Assembly: GCA_964486045.1 (NCBI GenBank)
Contig: CAZALK010000005.1
Location: 32,001-96,000, forward strand
Direction of reading: 5' to 3'
Length of the DNA: 64,000 bases
DNA from: an uncultured archaeon
GTDB lineage: Archaea > Asgardarchaeota > Lokiarchaeia > Sigyniarchaeales > SOKP01
This document shows positions 52,193 to 63,013 of this stretch, piece after piece. The notes beneath the pieces are model-generated. The model did not search any database. It was not told the DNA's origin and saw only the letters and a list, made by a program, of their open reading frames with translations. Both the position numbers and the translations under genes were made by a program. How positions within the stretch are numbered: the first letter of the stretch is position 1; each line of letters starts with the position of its first letter.

Positions 52193-52582
52193 ATGAAAGA
52201 TTTAACAGTTCTTTTGGAAAACGTTCCAGGTAAGCTTGCAGACCTGGGGGAAACTCTTGGGAAAAATAACATAAATATGGAAGGATTATGTGGATTTCCG
52301 TTAAAAGAGGAAGGCTTTTTGATGCATATTTTAGTAGAAGATGAGACCGAAACTCGTCAAGTACTCGAAAAAGCTGGTTTTCAAATTCATTCTGCACATG
52401 AAGTAATAGTTCTGACAGGACAACCAGGGAGAAATCCCATATTAGAATCAGGAACAGCTGGGAGAGTCGCTCGCAAAATAGGTGATGTTGGCGTTAATAT
52501 TGATCTAATGTATTTTGCAGGGCTTAACAGACTTATAATTGGCGTAGACGATTATGAAAAAGCTAAGTCTGTTTTGGAGTGA
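52193..52582 (+). CDS. ACT-domain protein
   Basis: LENVPGKLADLGETLGKNNINM; second repeat KIGDVGVNIDLMY. Confidence 0.88.
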   Translation: MKDLTVLLENVPGKLADLGETLGKNNINMEGLCGFPLKEEGFLMHILVEDETETRQVLEKAGFQIHSAHEVIVLTGQPGRNPILESGTAGRVARKIGDVGVNIDLMYFAGLNRLIIGVDDYEKAKSVLE

Positions 52583-52591
52583 AAATTTAAA

Positions 52592-52840
52592 CTAGTTTTT
52601 AATTTCTTTTTTTTTTAGAGACACAAAGATATGGTAGGCATCCCAAATTTCAAAAATATTAAGGTAGTGCATAAACCTAAATTTTTTTCTGTTATCAAGA
52701 ATTTGGCATCTAAGTCTCTCTTCTGTCGTGAGGTCGTCTCTTTTTTCGAATTCAATCATTAAGCGTAGTGCTTCTTCTTCTTTCCCTTCATTTAGGAGTC
52801 GATATCCTCGCTGGATCTCTTCTGGTATTGAACCATTCAT
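52592..52840 (-). pseudogene. N-terminal remnant of a TPR-family protein
   Basis: PEEIQRGYRLLNEGKEEEAL..FEKRDDLTTEERLRCQIL, then an abrupt run-out. Confidence 0.5.
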
Positions 52841-52935
52841 GTTGTTGAAAGTCTATTTAATTACTTTTTATAAAAATTCTATGTTTAAATGTTCTTTTTT
52901 TAATCCAGGATATATATGAGGAACTTTAATTGGAA

Positions 52936-53400
52936 TTAATCTAATTGAGGTGATATAATAGTTTTTTTCCTGAAAATATAGCTCTTAATAACTTGGCTCC
53001 CAACAGCACCACCTATTGCTCCACCTAAAATAGTCGGAAGTGACTGACTTACGAAGAAAATTATTGGAATGAAGATAATTGGATATCTTAAAGTCATAGC
53101 TAATACCATTCCTATTACACCACTTAACACTCCTCGTTTCATATTTTCATTAAGTAAACCAGCAGTAGTTCCACCTATAAATCCAAATAAAAAATAGGAA
53201 AAAAAAGATATAAGATCAAAGGAAAAAGTGAAACCAATGTAAAAATTAACAGAAATCATTTCATATAAAATTGCAGAGCCAAAAATACCAAGTATAAGAT
53301 TTTTATCATAAGATCTTCGATAAACACCATAAAGAAGTAAGACAATAAAAACTATGCAAACTGGAATAATGAGAAGAAAATCCAAGGACATTGTTGTCAT
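52936..53400 (-). CDS. Membrane protein with GxxxG-rich helices
   Basis: GFIGGTTAG, ILGGAIGGAVG; about 5 TM. Confidence 0.7.
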   Translation of the reverse strand: MTTMSLDFLLIIPVCIVFIVLLLYGVYRRSYDKNLILGIFGSAILYEMISVNFYIGFTFSFDLISFFSYFLFGFIGGTTAGLLNENMKRGVLSGVIGMVLAMTLRYPIIFIPIIFFVSQSLPTILGGAIGGAVGSQVIKSYIFRKKTIISPQLD

Positions 53401-53692
53401 TTTTGAGATTAAAGATTACCGTGAGATTTCTTTAATTAAAAGCTGGAATTAATCATTATTATTTAAAGGTTATTAATGCATATTGTATAACTCGTCTTTT
53501 GAAATCAAATAGCAAATCGATATATTTGAACTCTTTAAACCGATTTAAGTTAACCGCCAAAATTTTGAAAAAAGTACTCTTATTAAAGAGTTCAGACAAA
53601 ATCATAATTAAATTTGACAATTTTATCTATATTAAGCTTTTTTATTACTAGAATCAAATTTTTCTAAATCTTGTATAGCATTATCCAACCGC

Positions 53693-53801
53693 CAAATAAC
53701 CAATGGAAACAAATTTCGCACTCTAAATTCCTACAAAATATTCATTTACTTTAATGTGAAGATACCCCCAGACATATATATCTTAAAAAATAATTATAAA
53801 T
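53693..53801 (+). repeat. Left copy of 109-bp direct repeat
   Basis: 53719-53801 identical to 59408-59490 (83 bp); 4 mismatches in the first 26 bp. Confidence 0.95.
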
Positions 53802-54155
53802 TTGATTTTGGGTTGGAAACGTAAATTCAGAGTCTGATTTCAATGGAAGTTCATTTGAAATATTAATAGAATCAAATTTTTCTTTTACTTAAACTGCATG
53901 GAGTTGAGTGTTCAAATTTATATGAGATTCGCAATTTACCACATTACAGTAATTTCACACTTAGTATATATCATATTATTGCGAAATTAGAAATTGATAG
54001 AATAATTTATTACCGGATTTGTTGGTTTCAAAATTTTCTAAAGCAGGACTCACAAAAGTATTGATTTAGCTTAATAGCATTTTTGATAAACTCACTACTT
54101 TATTAACCTATTTAAACTATTTATGATAATAAATTAAGAGTATTAAAGACATAAA

Positions 54156-54767
54156 ATGCAAATTGAGAAATCGATATTAAAGGATCTAAAGAAAAAAATA
54201 CAAATTTTCTTCCAAAAATTAAGAGGATTGAAAAAAAATCAAAAAATCGGGATTTCAATAATGATTATGGGTGTTTTTGTCATAATCGGGGGATCTATTT
54301 TTGTTTCTTTAATAGACTCAGCAAGAATTTGGGGTGCTAAATTTTCTTATGAAGATGGACAAATTAAGTTAGAAAATGAATATTTGACAATCCTACGAAA
54401 TGATTTAATTCAAAATAAATATGATGTTATCATTACCGCATCTTTTGTTTTTTGGGGTAGCTATGTCCAAGGGGAAATAATATTTACACACTTAGCAACG
54501 AATATTAGTTACATTTTTAATTACTATTTAACCCCGGGTTTATATATTGGAGAAGTGAGTACAAGTAAAACCTTCATAATGATTCCTGGACGTTATCAAG
54601 TTATGGGAGCAGATCAAGGAGATGAGTTATGGGAGCATGGATTTATCCCTCGGAGCCTTGAATGGCTTATCTATATTGGAATTATTATACCCTCTATACT
54701 TATTGGAATATTAGGTTACAAAAGAACCCAATACACACCTTCATTTTTAAGAATTGTAAGTGGATAA
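54156..54767 (+). CDS. Two-TM membrane protein
   Basis: TM, beta-rich loop, TM. Confidence 0.7.
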   Translation: MQIEKSILKDLKKKIQIFFQKLRGLKKNQKIGISIMIMGVFVIIGGSIFVSLIDSARIWGAKFSYEDGQIKLENEYLTILRNDLIQNKYDVIITASFVFWGSYVQGEIIFTHLATNISYIFNYYLTPGLYIGEVSTSKTFIMIPGRYQVMGADQGDELWEHGFIPRSLEWLIYIGIIIPSILIGILGYKRTQYTPSFLRIVSG

Positions 54768-54788
54768 ATAAAACGTTCGAGATTTAAG

Positions 54789-55655
54789 TTAACTATATCT
54801 AAGCAACCTTTCTTTTCTATTTAAAGCAATAAAATTTGTAGGATCAATTTCTAATGCTGTTTCATAACATTCAATTGCTTCTTTTATTTTTCCCATTTTT
54901 TTCAGAATATCTCCCATACAATTCAACATTCTTAGATTATTAGGTTCTATTTCTAAAGCGCTGATAATAAAATTCAATGCCATTATATTGTCCCCTCTAA
55001 TGCGTTCATTTATTGCCCCTACGTAAAATTCTTTAGCATTGTTTGGCATATCGTTTGGCGTTTGTTCTATTGGAGGATTTTGAGATTGGTTTGAGTTAAT
55101 TATTTCATCCACATTCGATATAACGTTGTTTGTTTGTTCTATTGGATGATTTTGAGGTTGGTGTAAGTTAATTACTTCATCCATATTCATCCATTCTTGC
55201 TGGAGAATCCATTTTGAAGCATTTTGAGGTTTAACATAAAAAGATCTGTTTCTTTTTCTGAATTTCATATAGGAGTTTGGATTAATTTTCCGGCCAGATA
55301 TCCTACCATATATTAACAAACCAAATGCAATGATTAAAACTGTTATGAAAGCAATGCTACCTCCTAAATTAAAAGAAGGGAAAATCGAAGAAATTAAACC
55401 AAAAACACCAATTACAAACAATATTAAAGAAATGCAAATGTAAGCTGCCATTTTTGAGTTATATTTGCGAAATCCCTTTTGACATCTAAAACATACAGGA
55501 AAAGTTGTAGAAAAAGTAGTAATTTGTTTCCATCCTCTCGATGATATTTTACTGCCTCCAGTTTGAATGTTTTTGGAGAAATTATAAGGAGAAATATATT
55601 CTGAGGAGCCACATTTTACACATCTCAATTTATCAAACACCTTTAATATTTTCAA
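54789..55655 (-). CDS. Zn-finger, 2-TM and TPR protein
   Basis: CVKC/CFRC pairs, two TMs, ALEIEP and EAIECYETALEIDP TPRs. Confidence 0.75.
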   Translation of the reverse strand: MKILKVFDKLRCVKCGSSEYISPYNFSKNIQTGGSKISSRGWKQITTFSTTFPVCFRCQKGFRKYNSKMAAYICISLILFVIGVFGLISSIFPSFNLGGSIAFITVLIIAFGLLIYGRISGRKINPNSYMKFRKRNRSFYVKPQNASKWILQQEWMNMDEVINLHQPQNHPIEQTNNVISNVDEIINSNQSQNPPIEQTPNDMPNNAKEFYVGAINERIRGDNIMALNFIISALEIEPNNLRMLNCMGDILKKMGKIKEAIECYETALEIDPTNFIALNRKERLLRYS

Positions 55656-55700
55656 ATTTAATAATATATTTATTTTTAGATAAGGTTGAAAAATTAATAT

Positions 55701-56621
55701 TTAATGATTTTTATTTTGTTTTAATAGCCTTTTATTTAATTTTTTTTCTTGCTTTTCTACGGTCTTTTTTATAGTTCTTAATCTACCTACTAGATTATTT
55801 TCATAACTTTGGAAAAACAGAGAACTATGCTTTTGGTTAGGGGGATTTGGTAAATTTCTTAATTTCAGCAAAGAAATAACTTTCCCTTCATTATTTATTC
55901 TGCTTTTAAGATATCCTATGTTACCCAATTTAAATATATGTAATTCTAATACCTCATTCAATAATTTTAAATATTCTTTTTTGTAAATGTTCTTTACTCT
56001 TTTCGTTTGTTCGTTATTCATATCAAGCTCAACCTCTTGAATATCTTGAGCAGAGTGGGTTAATTTAGACATGGGCTGATCATAGCTTGACTTTAAAATT
56101 GATTTATTAACACGCCAGAGTGGTGAATTTTCCTTAAGTTGCTTATTTTTATTTTCTTGAATGAATGTTATCATAACTTCTAAATTATTAATAATAAGTG
56201 GATATATTATTTTGTAGAACTCTTTCTGACGTTTATTAAATTCATTTTCGATTTCAATTTTTGGATCTGAAATAATTTTGATTCTGTAGATAACTGGAGA
56301 TTGAGTCCAAATATCTATGTGTAATATATCGAAACTTGCAGTAGATATAGATTTAATATTAAGTGGGGTATTATAAGTTGGAAGTTGTTCCGTAGGCTCT
56401 TCCTTATCCAATAAATTTCCATATGGACGGCAAAAATAAGCTAAGCCATTTTCTGTTAATAAAAGATGGGAAATATATGTAACCGGATATTTATCCCCTG
56501 GGGACTTTTTATAGGTTATATTACACAACGTACTATATAGTATTTCTTCATTTGGGGGGATGAATTTTATCAAATTTGAAGAATCTGTAGGGACATATAT
56601 GTTGTTCATTGAAATTTGCAT
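55701..56621 (-). CDS. Hypothetical protein
   Basis: 306-aa ORF; SHLLLTENGLAY suggests a PH-like fold (weak). Confidence 0.65.
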   Translation of the reverse strand: MQISMNNIYVPTDSSNLIKFIPPNEEILYSTLCNITYKKSPGDKYPVTYISHLLLTENGLAYFCRPYGNLLDKEEPTEQLPTYNTPLNIKSISTASFDILHIDIWTQSPVIYRIKIISDPKIEIENEFNKRQKEFYKIIYPLIINNLEVMITFIQENKNKQLKENSPLWRVNKSILKSSYDQPMSKLTHSAQDIQEVELDMNNEQTKRVKNIYKKEYLKLLNEVLELHIFKLGNIGYLKSRINNEGKVISLLKLRNLPNPPNQKHSSLFFQSYENNLVGRLRTIKKTVEKQEKKLNKRLLKQNKNH

Positions 56622-57134
56622 TCTGTTATTTTTTTTTATTAAAAGTAAAATAATATAGAAATAATAATCTGAGAATAATTTTAATCTTTAAATTATCTTA
56701 AATCAGACTAACATATATTAATTTTATTATTAGGGTTTTTTTGCAGACTTTTTCTTATCGCAAAATTACCCATGAAATTCTTTTACTTTCTATTTTTTAT
56801 TCCTAAATTTACGAAATATTTTTATTATTATACCTCCCTCCCCCGTGGTGCCTCCTCCTAAAAAAGTAGGTGTAGAATGACATTAAAATATTCTAACAAT
56901 TAATTATTCCAGATTATCTTTTTAAAAAGGTATTAAGAGACAATTAACAAACTTTTTATGAGCGCTTGGTTAAGGTTGATTTATTAGATGGTGAAACTTA
57001 TGGTAGAAAAGGAAAATCACTCCAACAAATTAATAAGACTAGAATTTGCATTAAGTTAATAGGGGAGATTTAACATAAATCCCACAATTCTAATCAACTG
57101 ATTTATAATAGTATAAAAAAAGAATAGAATCTAT

Positions 57135-58325
57135 ATGCAGAATATAGTCGACAAATTTATTTCTGAAAAGAATGAAAAAGGTATCATTTTAGAACTTTAT
57201 GAAAAAGGTCTCAAGCAGAAAGAAATCGAACAGTTCATTATAGACAAGTTTAAACCCTTCTTAAAAAATAAATCTATTTTGAGAGTGCAGATGCTTGCTT
57301 ATTTACCTCAATATATTGATTCACTTCTCTATGTCTTATCTGACAATGTAAATAAACAGTTATTTGAGAGTTGTCTTGAAGTTTTTTGGAAAGCAAAAAT
57401 GGAAGATTCAATTAATTGTTATAATTCATATCAATATTGGCAAGATGATGTTATAGCAGCAACCTCAAAGATAATCTCCTTAATAACTCTAGACCAAGAT
57501 CGGAGTCAAATGAACTTACATGAATTTTCGGAAGATGTATTCACAAAAATCGGAAAAATTATAGAAGCATGCATTCAACCTTATTTAAGAATTCTAGTAT
57601 ATTTAGAAGAGATAATAAATAAAAGAAAACCTTCAAAATTGGACATCAACAAGTTAGATTTAGGAGAACTAGTTAACAAACTAATTAAGTATAAGGTTAT
57701 AAATAAAATTCTTATTCCTCATCCTTGGAATTTAAAATTAAATGATTGGAGAAATATTCCCAAGCATGATAAGTATTCAGTTAAAGATAATAAGATCCTT
57801 TGCAGGTATAAAAAACCCCCAAAAGAGAAAAAGATAAGTTTGCTTAAACCTGAATTATGGTATTTATTTTTAAGCATAAATGATATTTTCTGTATTCTAA
57901 GATTGGCTCATTCGCTTTTCTTCTTAGATAATGTTGATGAAATTCAACCGTATTGGAAAAATAAACAATTAAGAGAAGAATCTGCTATATTAGAGCAAAT
58001 TTCCTTATTTAATATGTTTGGATTCTCCATAGAAAAATATTCAATCGAAAATGATAAGGCAAAATTCAATTTGAAAGATGAAACAGTATTGAAACCTAAA
58101 ATGAGATTGAAACATTTATTATTCCTCATTAGACCAACTTGGTATAAAATTCGTAAAAAATTCATAATTTTAGAGTATAGTGATTCTCAGGATTGTCCAA
58201 TTTTTCGGATTGAGGTTGACACTTCAAAAAGAGAAGATATTTTTTCATTGAATGTCGATGAGGAACTCCTTACTATTGAAAATATTGAAGAATGTATTAA
58301 TTTGACTTATTTAAAAGATATATAG
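57135..58325 (+). CDS. Hypothetical protein with RxxxxH (HEPN-like) motif
   Basis: DLGELV...LNDWRNIPKHDKY. Confidence 0.55.
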   Translation: MQNIVDKFISEKNEKGIILELYEKGLKQKEIEQFIIDKFKPFLKNKSILRVQMLAYLPQYIDSLLYVLSDNVNKQLFESCLEVFWKAKMEDSINCYNSYQYWQDDVIAATSKIISLITLDQDRSQMNLHEFSEDVFTKIGKIIEACIQPYLRILVYLEEIINKRKPSKLDINKLDLGELVNKLIKYKVINKILIPHPWNLKLNDWRNIPKHDKYSVKDNKILCRYKKPPKEKKISLLKPELWYLFLSINDIFCILRLAHSLFFLDNVDEIQPYWKNKQLREESAILEQISLFNMFGFSIEKYSIENDKAKFNLKDETVLKPKMRLKHLLFLIRPTWYKIRKKFIILEYSDSQDCPIFRIEVDTSKREDIFSLNVDEELLTIENIEECINLTYLKDI

Positions 58326-58513
58326 AAGAAGAATATATTGAGTGAGTATTATATGAAAGTTATTAATTCATTTCTTCTGGCTTTAGGTGGTAAAAGATAG
58401 ATAAAAGGAAAACAACAAAAACTTAGAAAAGTAAAAAATAATTACAAATCCTAATAATGAAATAGCAAATCGATATATAAAATATATTAGAAACTGGATA
58501 TATAATACAGTAT

Positions 58514-59287
58514 ATGAGCATAGAATCTAAATTAGCAGGTATTAAAATATATTATTCAACACATATCACTTTTATTTTAGAAACTGTAATATCCACTATG
58601 CAATTTTGGGGTTATAATACTACTTTTATGGGAGATGGTTCAATAAAAGCTATAAAAGATAGATTTAAACACTTTAATTTCCATTCTCAAGAACCTAAGC
58701 AAGAAATATTCCCTAAAAATAAATTAGAAAAAATTGATTATCAGATAAATCAAAAACCAGAAACTATAAGGGCTCATATACTAAAGATGGGATTAATTTA
58801 TTTTTTTTCTCTATTTGAAGCATTTAATAAAGATTATTTTCAAGAAATATATCTTTTCAAACCAGATCTAATGAAAAGTAAGAAAAAGAAAGTAGATTTA
58901 GAATATTTACTACAATTCAAAAATTTTAAAGATTTACACAGATCTCTATCTCAAAATCTAATTGAGAGATTTGGCCATCTAGATATTGATAAACTTGCAA
59001 GATTATTCCTCAAGAAATTTAATATAGATCTAAAAAATAATTTAGAATGTTGGTCAAATCTGCGAGAAAGCTATTATAGAAGAAATATCATAGTTCACAA
59101 TGATGGGAAAATATCTGAAACATACTTAAAGAAATTGTCGTTAGGAGAAGATCAACTTAACGTAGAAATTAACTGTGATATTGAATATTTTTGGAAAGCC
59201 CACTACGATATTCACTCATACATGGATTTTATTGATGATTCAATAAGAAAAAAATTTAATCTGAAGAGTCTCATTGAATCTTTATAA
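58514..59287 (+). CDS. HEPN-domain protein (MAE_28990/RiboL-PSP-like)
   Basis: LIYFFSLFEAF...YYRRNIIVHNDG. Confidence 0.7.
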   Translation: MSIESKLAGIKIYYSTHITFILETVISTMQFWGYNTTFMGDGSIKAIKDRFKHFNFHSQEPKQEIFPKNKLEKIDYQINQKPETIRAHILKMGLIYFFSLFEAFNKDYFQEIYLFKPDLMKSKKKKVDLEYLLQFKNFKDLHRSLSQNLIERFGHLDIDKLARLFLKKFNIDLKNNLECWSNLRESYYRRNIIVHNDGKISETYLKKLSLGEDQLNVEINCDIEYFWKAHYDIHSYMDFIDDSIRKKFNLKSLIESL

Positions 59288-59381
59288 AGATTTTTGCTAA
59301 GTTTGAATTAATGATCCACTTATTCTTTTCTTATCCTACAAACTTCAATTTCTAAAACTTTTAAATTGTTTACATATCCTT

Positions 59382-59490
59382 CAAATAATCAATAGAACCA
59401 AATTTCACACTCTAAATTCCTACAAAATATTCATTTACTTTAATGTGAAGATACCCCCAGACATATATATCTTAAAAAATAATTATAAAT
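59382..59490 (+). repeat. Right copy of 109-bp direct repeat (probable promoter region of the ThiS/Ubl gene)
   Basis: Matches 53693-53801; ends 40 nt before ORF 59531. Confidence 0.95.
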
Positions 59491-59530
59491 AGGATCAAGA
59501 TAATAATATTATTAATTAAAAATTTGATAG

Positions 59531-59749
59531 GTGGTTATCATAAAACAAATATCAGAATTGTTAGACACCGGGCTATATGAAACTTTTACGCCCGAGAGAG
59601 AAATGTTGGTCGCTGATCTGCTAAAGGAGTTGAATCTGGAAGATAAGTACTTCGGTATCCTTGTCGACGGAAAGAAAGCAGAGCCAAGCACACGCATTAA
59701 CCCCGAGAGCGAGATAGTTATACTTCCACACATCGCGGGCGGGCTTTAG
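59531..59749 (+). CDS. MoaD/ThiS/SAMP-like ubiquitin-like protein
   Basis: VADLLKELNL..GILVDG..EIVILPHIAGG-L. Confidence 0.85.
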   Translation: MVIIKQISELLDTGLYETFTPEREMLVADLLKELNLEDKYFGILVDGKKAEPSTRINPESEIVILPHIAGGL

Positions 59750-60065
59750 ATCTAAATTTTTTTTATTCTCTTTATTTTTATTATACTTAAGCTTAATAGA
59801 TTAGCAAAAGATTATCTGATTCAATTCGTAGGTAATTCTCCTCGATTATAACGACGTGAATAGATATTTTAAGGACTTACTTAGAATTCTAAATTAATCA
59901 TTAAATTAGCCTAATTAACGGCAATTATAAAAATATTTTTACTTCCAGAAATAAAAAAAAGATAAGATTCGATAACAATCGCAAAACTAGGTCTTACTAA
60001 TTACTACCTACTACTTATTAAATAATATTATTTTTTATTGATTTGTAACAAATAGAAGCTTAAGC

Positions 60066-60320
60066 CTAATATCGAGAATCTCGTGCTTGGTAAGGAGCGG
60101 CTTCAGTTACTACTACTTTACTCGCAGCAGAACCTTTATCACCCTGAGTGATCTCAAATTCTACTTTATCGTTTTCATTTAGCGTAGCAAATTCATCACC
60201 TTTCTTAACAATGGCAGAGTGATGAACGAATATATCTCCTTCTTCTTCAGTTGCTATAAATCCATAACCTTTACGGTTATTAAACCATTTAACTGTACCT
60301 TCGGTCAATTTTAAAACCAA
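60066..60320 (-). CDS. Cold-shock protein
   Basis: GTVKWFNNRKGYGFI, DIFVHHSAI, VEFEI. Confidence 0.95.
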   Translation of the reverse strand: MVLKLTEGTVKWFNNRKGYGFIATEEEGDIFVHHSAIVKKGDEFATLNENDKVEFEITQGDKGSAASKVVVTEAAPYQARDSRY

Positions 60321-60552
60321 TTTTCAAATAAATTAAATTTTTTTATCAGTTCATGTTGAACTGTTTAAGAAAATGAATGATAGTGTAAATACATTATGTA
60401 TTTCCAATGATTTATTGGAAAATTCATTATTTATTCTATATAAATAGCTTTATATGAGCTACCATTAAAATTCTTTAATTTTTAATAATATTTTGACAAC
60501 GTTTTGAAAAAATTCTCAAGGCAAACAACTGGACATGTATGAGGTCTTTTGA

Positions 60553-61482
60553 TTATTTTGAATCTACTTTAAATTTAGATTTTAGACCCAATGCGTTTAT
60601 AAAACCGATCGATATTCCACCTAATGTCCTGAAAATTAGGGAGTCGGGTCGATTATCCTTAATTTCATTTGGAGAACGACCAAATTTATCTAGAAGAGCA
60701 GTTATTATTGAATTGAGATCGCCATTATTCTTCTGATAACTTTCAACTACTGTATCTTTGTAAGCTTTGAATACAGCTTCTGAAATTTTAAATACTTCTT
60801 GAACTTCAGGACCGGTAGCCACACCAAAATGAGCTAAACTTACAGATTTTATATTATCAATTTGGGATAACTTCTTAACAGTTTTAGAATAAGATATGTG
60901 ATTAAAATAAGGAGGATATGCAGTCGGTCGAGAAAATCCTGAACCTAGATGATGCCCCCCAATTGAATCCCCCGGGAATAAATTCATGTTTTTCCTATCC
61001 AAAATTGCAATATGCTCAGGAGTATGACCTGGAGCAGTATAAATTTCTAATTTTAAATCATCCAAACTAATAATATCCCCCTCGTCTACATATATCACCC
61101 TATTTTTTAGGTTTTGTACCAAATATTCGTGATATTCTGCTAAATCTGATTTCTCTTTTGCAAATTTTGTTTCGGGAAGTTTCTGATAAAATTCTGAAAC
61201 CACGATTTTGGCTTCAGGAAATTGAGTGGATAATCTTTTTACACCTCCAATGTGATCTAAGTGAACATGGGTCGAAAAAATATAATCAAGGTGATCGATC
61301 CCGATATTTTGAAGATAGTTTAATAAACTATCGACCTCACTACTTGTTCCTGTGTCAATTAAAACAGTTTTTCCATTATTTTCAATTACAAAGAGAGCCA
61401 TTTGTTCTTTCATATTGTAAATTAAACAATCAAACATCCATGTATTTTCATTTATTTTACAGGTTTTTCGAATAAATGGAAT
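60553..61482 (-). CDS. Metallo-beta-lactamase fold hydrolase
   Basis: LIDTG, THVHLDHIGG, PGHT, FPGD, AHFG; probable ATT start at 61482. Confidence 0.9.
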   Translation of the reverse strand: MPFIRKTCKINENTWMFDCLIYNMKEQMALFVIENNGKTVLIDTGTSSEVDSLLNYLQNIGIDHLDYIFSTHVHLDHIGGVKRLSTQFPEAKIVVSEFYQKLPETKFAKEKSDLAEYHEYLVQNLKNRVIYVDEGDIISLDDLKLEIYTAPGHTPEHIAILDRKNMNLFPGDSIGGHHLGSGFSRPTAYPPYFNHISYSKTVKKLSQIDNIKSVSLAHFGVATGPEVQEVFKISEAVFKAYKDTVVESYQKNNGDLNSIITALLDKFGRSPNEIKDNRPDSLIFRTLGGISIGFINALGLKSKFKVDSK

Positions 61483-61821
61483 TATAATTCACCTTGATTT
61501 TTATTTTATAAGTCTTATTTTATTGATTCAGGAATTAATCCTAATTCTTGGTTCATCGAAAATGCACGTTCCCCAATTTCTATTACCTTTTTCGATTGAA
61601 TAATTAAACGGTAATTCATTAAAAAATATTCCTATCAAGTGATTTATAATTTTGAATATATTATATCATTATAATTTACATTGCCTGAATAATTCATCCT
61701 TAGCATAGATATTAGTCTTTCTCCCTTCCAGTTTTACAGAGAGATAAGTTTTAAAGATAATCCTGGTTTCCCTTTGATGATGATTGATCTCTTGATAAAT
61801 AAAGGAATTTGTCTTAGATAA

Positions 61822-62919
61822 TTACTCCATCGCTTGCGTCTTATTTAAAGCAAACTTGATACTAATGATTGTTCCACCGATAAGACATGCCATAATTTGT
61901 AATAGAATCCCTCCAGTTTCGGCAGTATATGGACCAATTGATACTTGATTAGCTACATTTGAGATGAAAAGAGAAGAAATGCGAATAAAAAGTACAAATA
62001 GAAGGATCAATGAGCCAGAAACCTCACTTATATTGAACAGAATGGTCGTTTTCTCTTCTCCCTCGTTTTTCTGTTTTTCGATTTTAACACCAAATCGATA
62101 ACCGATATTCCCGAATGAATAAATAAGAAGAAATAGACTGGAAAGGAAGTCAAACCAGAGTGCGATAGGTACAAGTCCTAATCCAATTCCTGAGGTTTTA
62201 TTCATAAATAAGACTGAATAAAAGGCTGTATAGACTATTACGAACAAACTATTTAATACAGCTAGTTTAACATCCCTTTCGCGAAAGAAGCGAACTATTC
62301 CTATAATGGGAATTACAATAAGGAAAATTGGACCTACAAGACCGAACATCTGAAGCTCAAAAGGAATGTTAGGTTTAAGAATATAATTAAGATAAAATGT
62401 GAAGAATAAGCCAGCAGAAATACCCCAAAGTATGAGAAAGGTAATGAAGCGCAAATTTAACTTGGATTTTCCCAAAGAAGTTGAGATTTTATTTTGAATC
62501 TTTTTAGATAGTTCGTGAAAGACAAGCAAGGCTAAAATCGCTGATAGTCCTGCCCAGGTTGTAAAGGGTATAAAATAAATAACAACAAAAATATCAGTTG
62601 GAAACCAAATTGCAGCTACGAAGCTGACAATATGGAGTAAAATCAATTTAAAATATGTGTTTCCGCGTTGAAGCCAATGACGGGCGGGTTTAATTAGGTA
62701 TACAACAAGAAGCACAATTAAGAAAATTGCATATGTCACTAAGAGATAAAATGAAATTAAATACACATCAAAACTATTAGTAATATCTGGAATTTTGGCC
62801 TGATATCCGCCGATTAATATGAGAAGGCTATAAAGAATTAAAAATGGAACTGAGGTTAAAAATGAATATTTCAACACCGGTTTTTTTAATACATATTTAA
62901 GCCCTTCTATGAATTCCAA
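61822..62919 (-). CDS. Polytopic membrane protein
   Basis: About 10 hydrophobic helices. Confidence 0.75.
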   Translation of the reverse strand: MEFIEGLKYVLKKPVLKYSFLTSVPFLILYSLLILIGGYQAKIPDITNSFDVYLISFYLLVTYAIFLIVLLVVYLIKPARHWLQRGNTYFKLILLHIVSFVAAIWFPTDIFVVIYFIPFTTWAGLSAILALLVFHELSKKIQNKISTSLGKSKLNLRFITFLILWGISAGLFFTFYLNYILKPNIPFELQMFGLVGPIFLIVIPIIGIVRFFRERDVKLAVLNSLFVIVYTAFYSVLFMNKTSGIGLGLVPIALWFDFLSSLFLLIYSFGNIGYRFGVKIEKQKNEGEEKTTILFNISEVSGSLILLFVLFIRISSLFISNVANQVSIGPYTAETGGILLQIMACLIGGTIISIKFALNKTQAME

Positions 62920-63013
62920 TAACCTATTTCTCCTTAAATCTAATTATTATACTAATCAATTTCAGATTAATAATATTTTTGTAAAAAATTAGCAAGCAAA
63001 TTAAAATTTAAAA

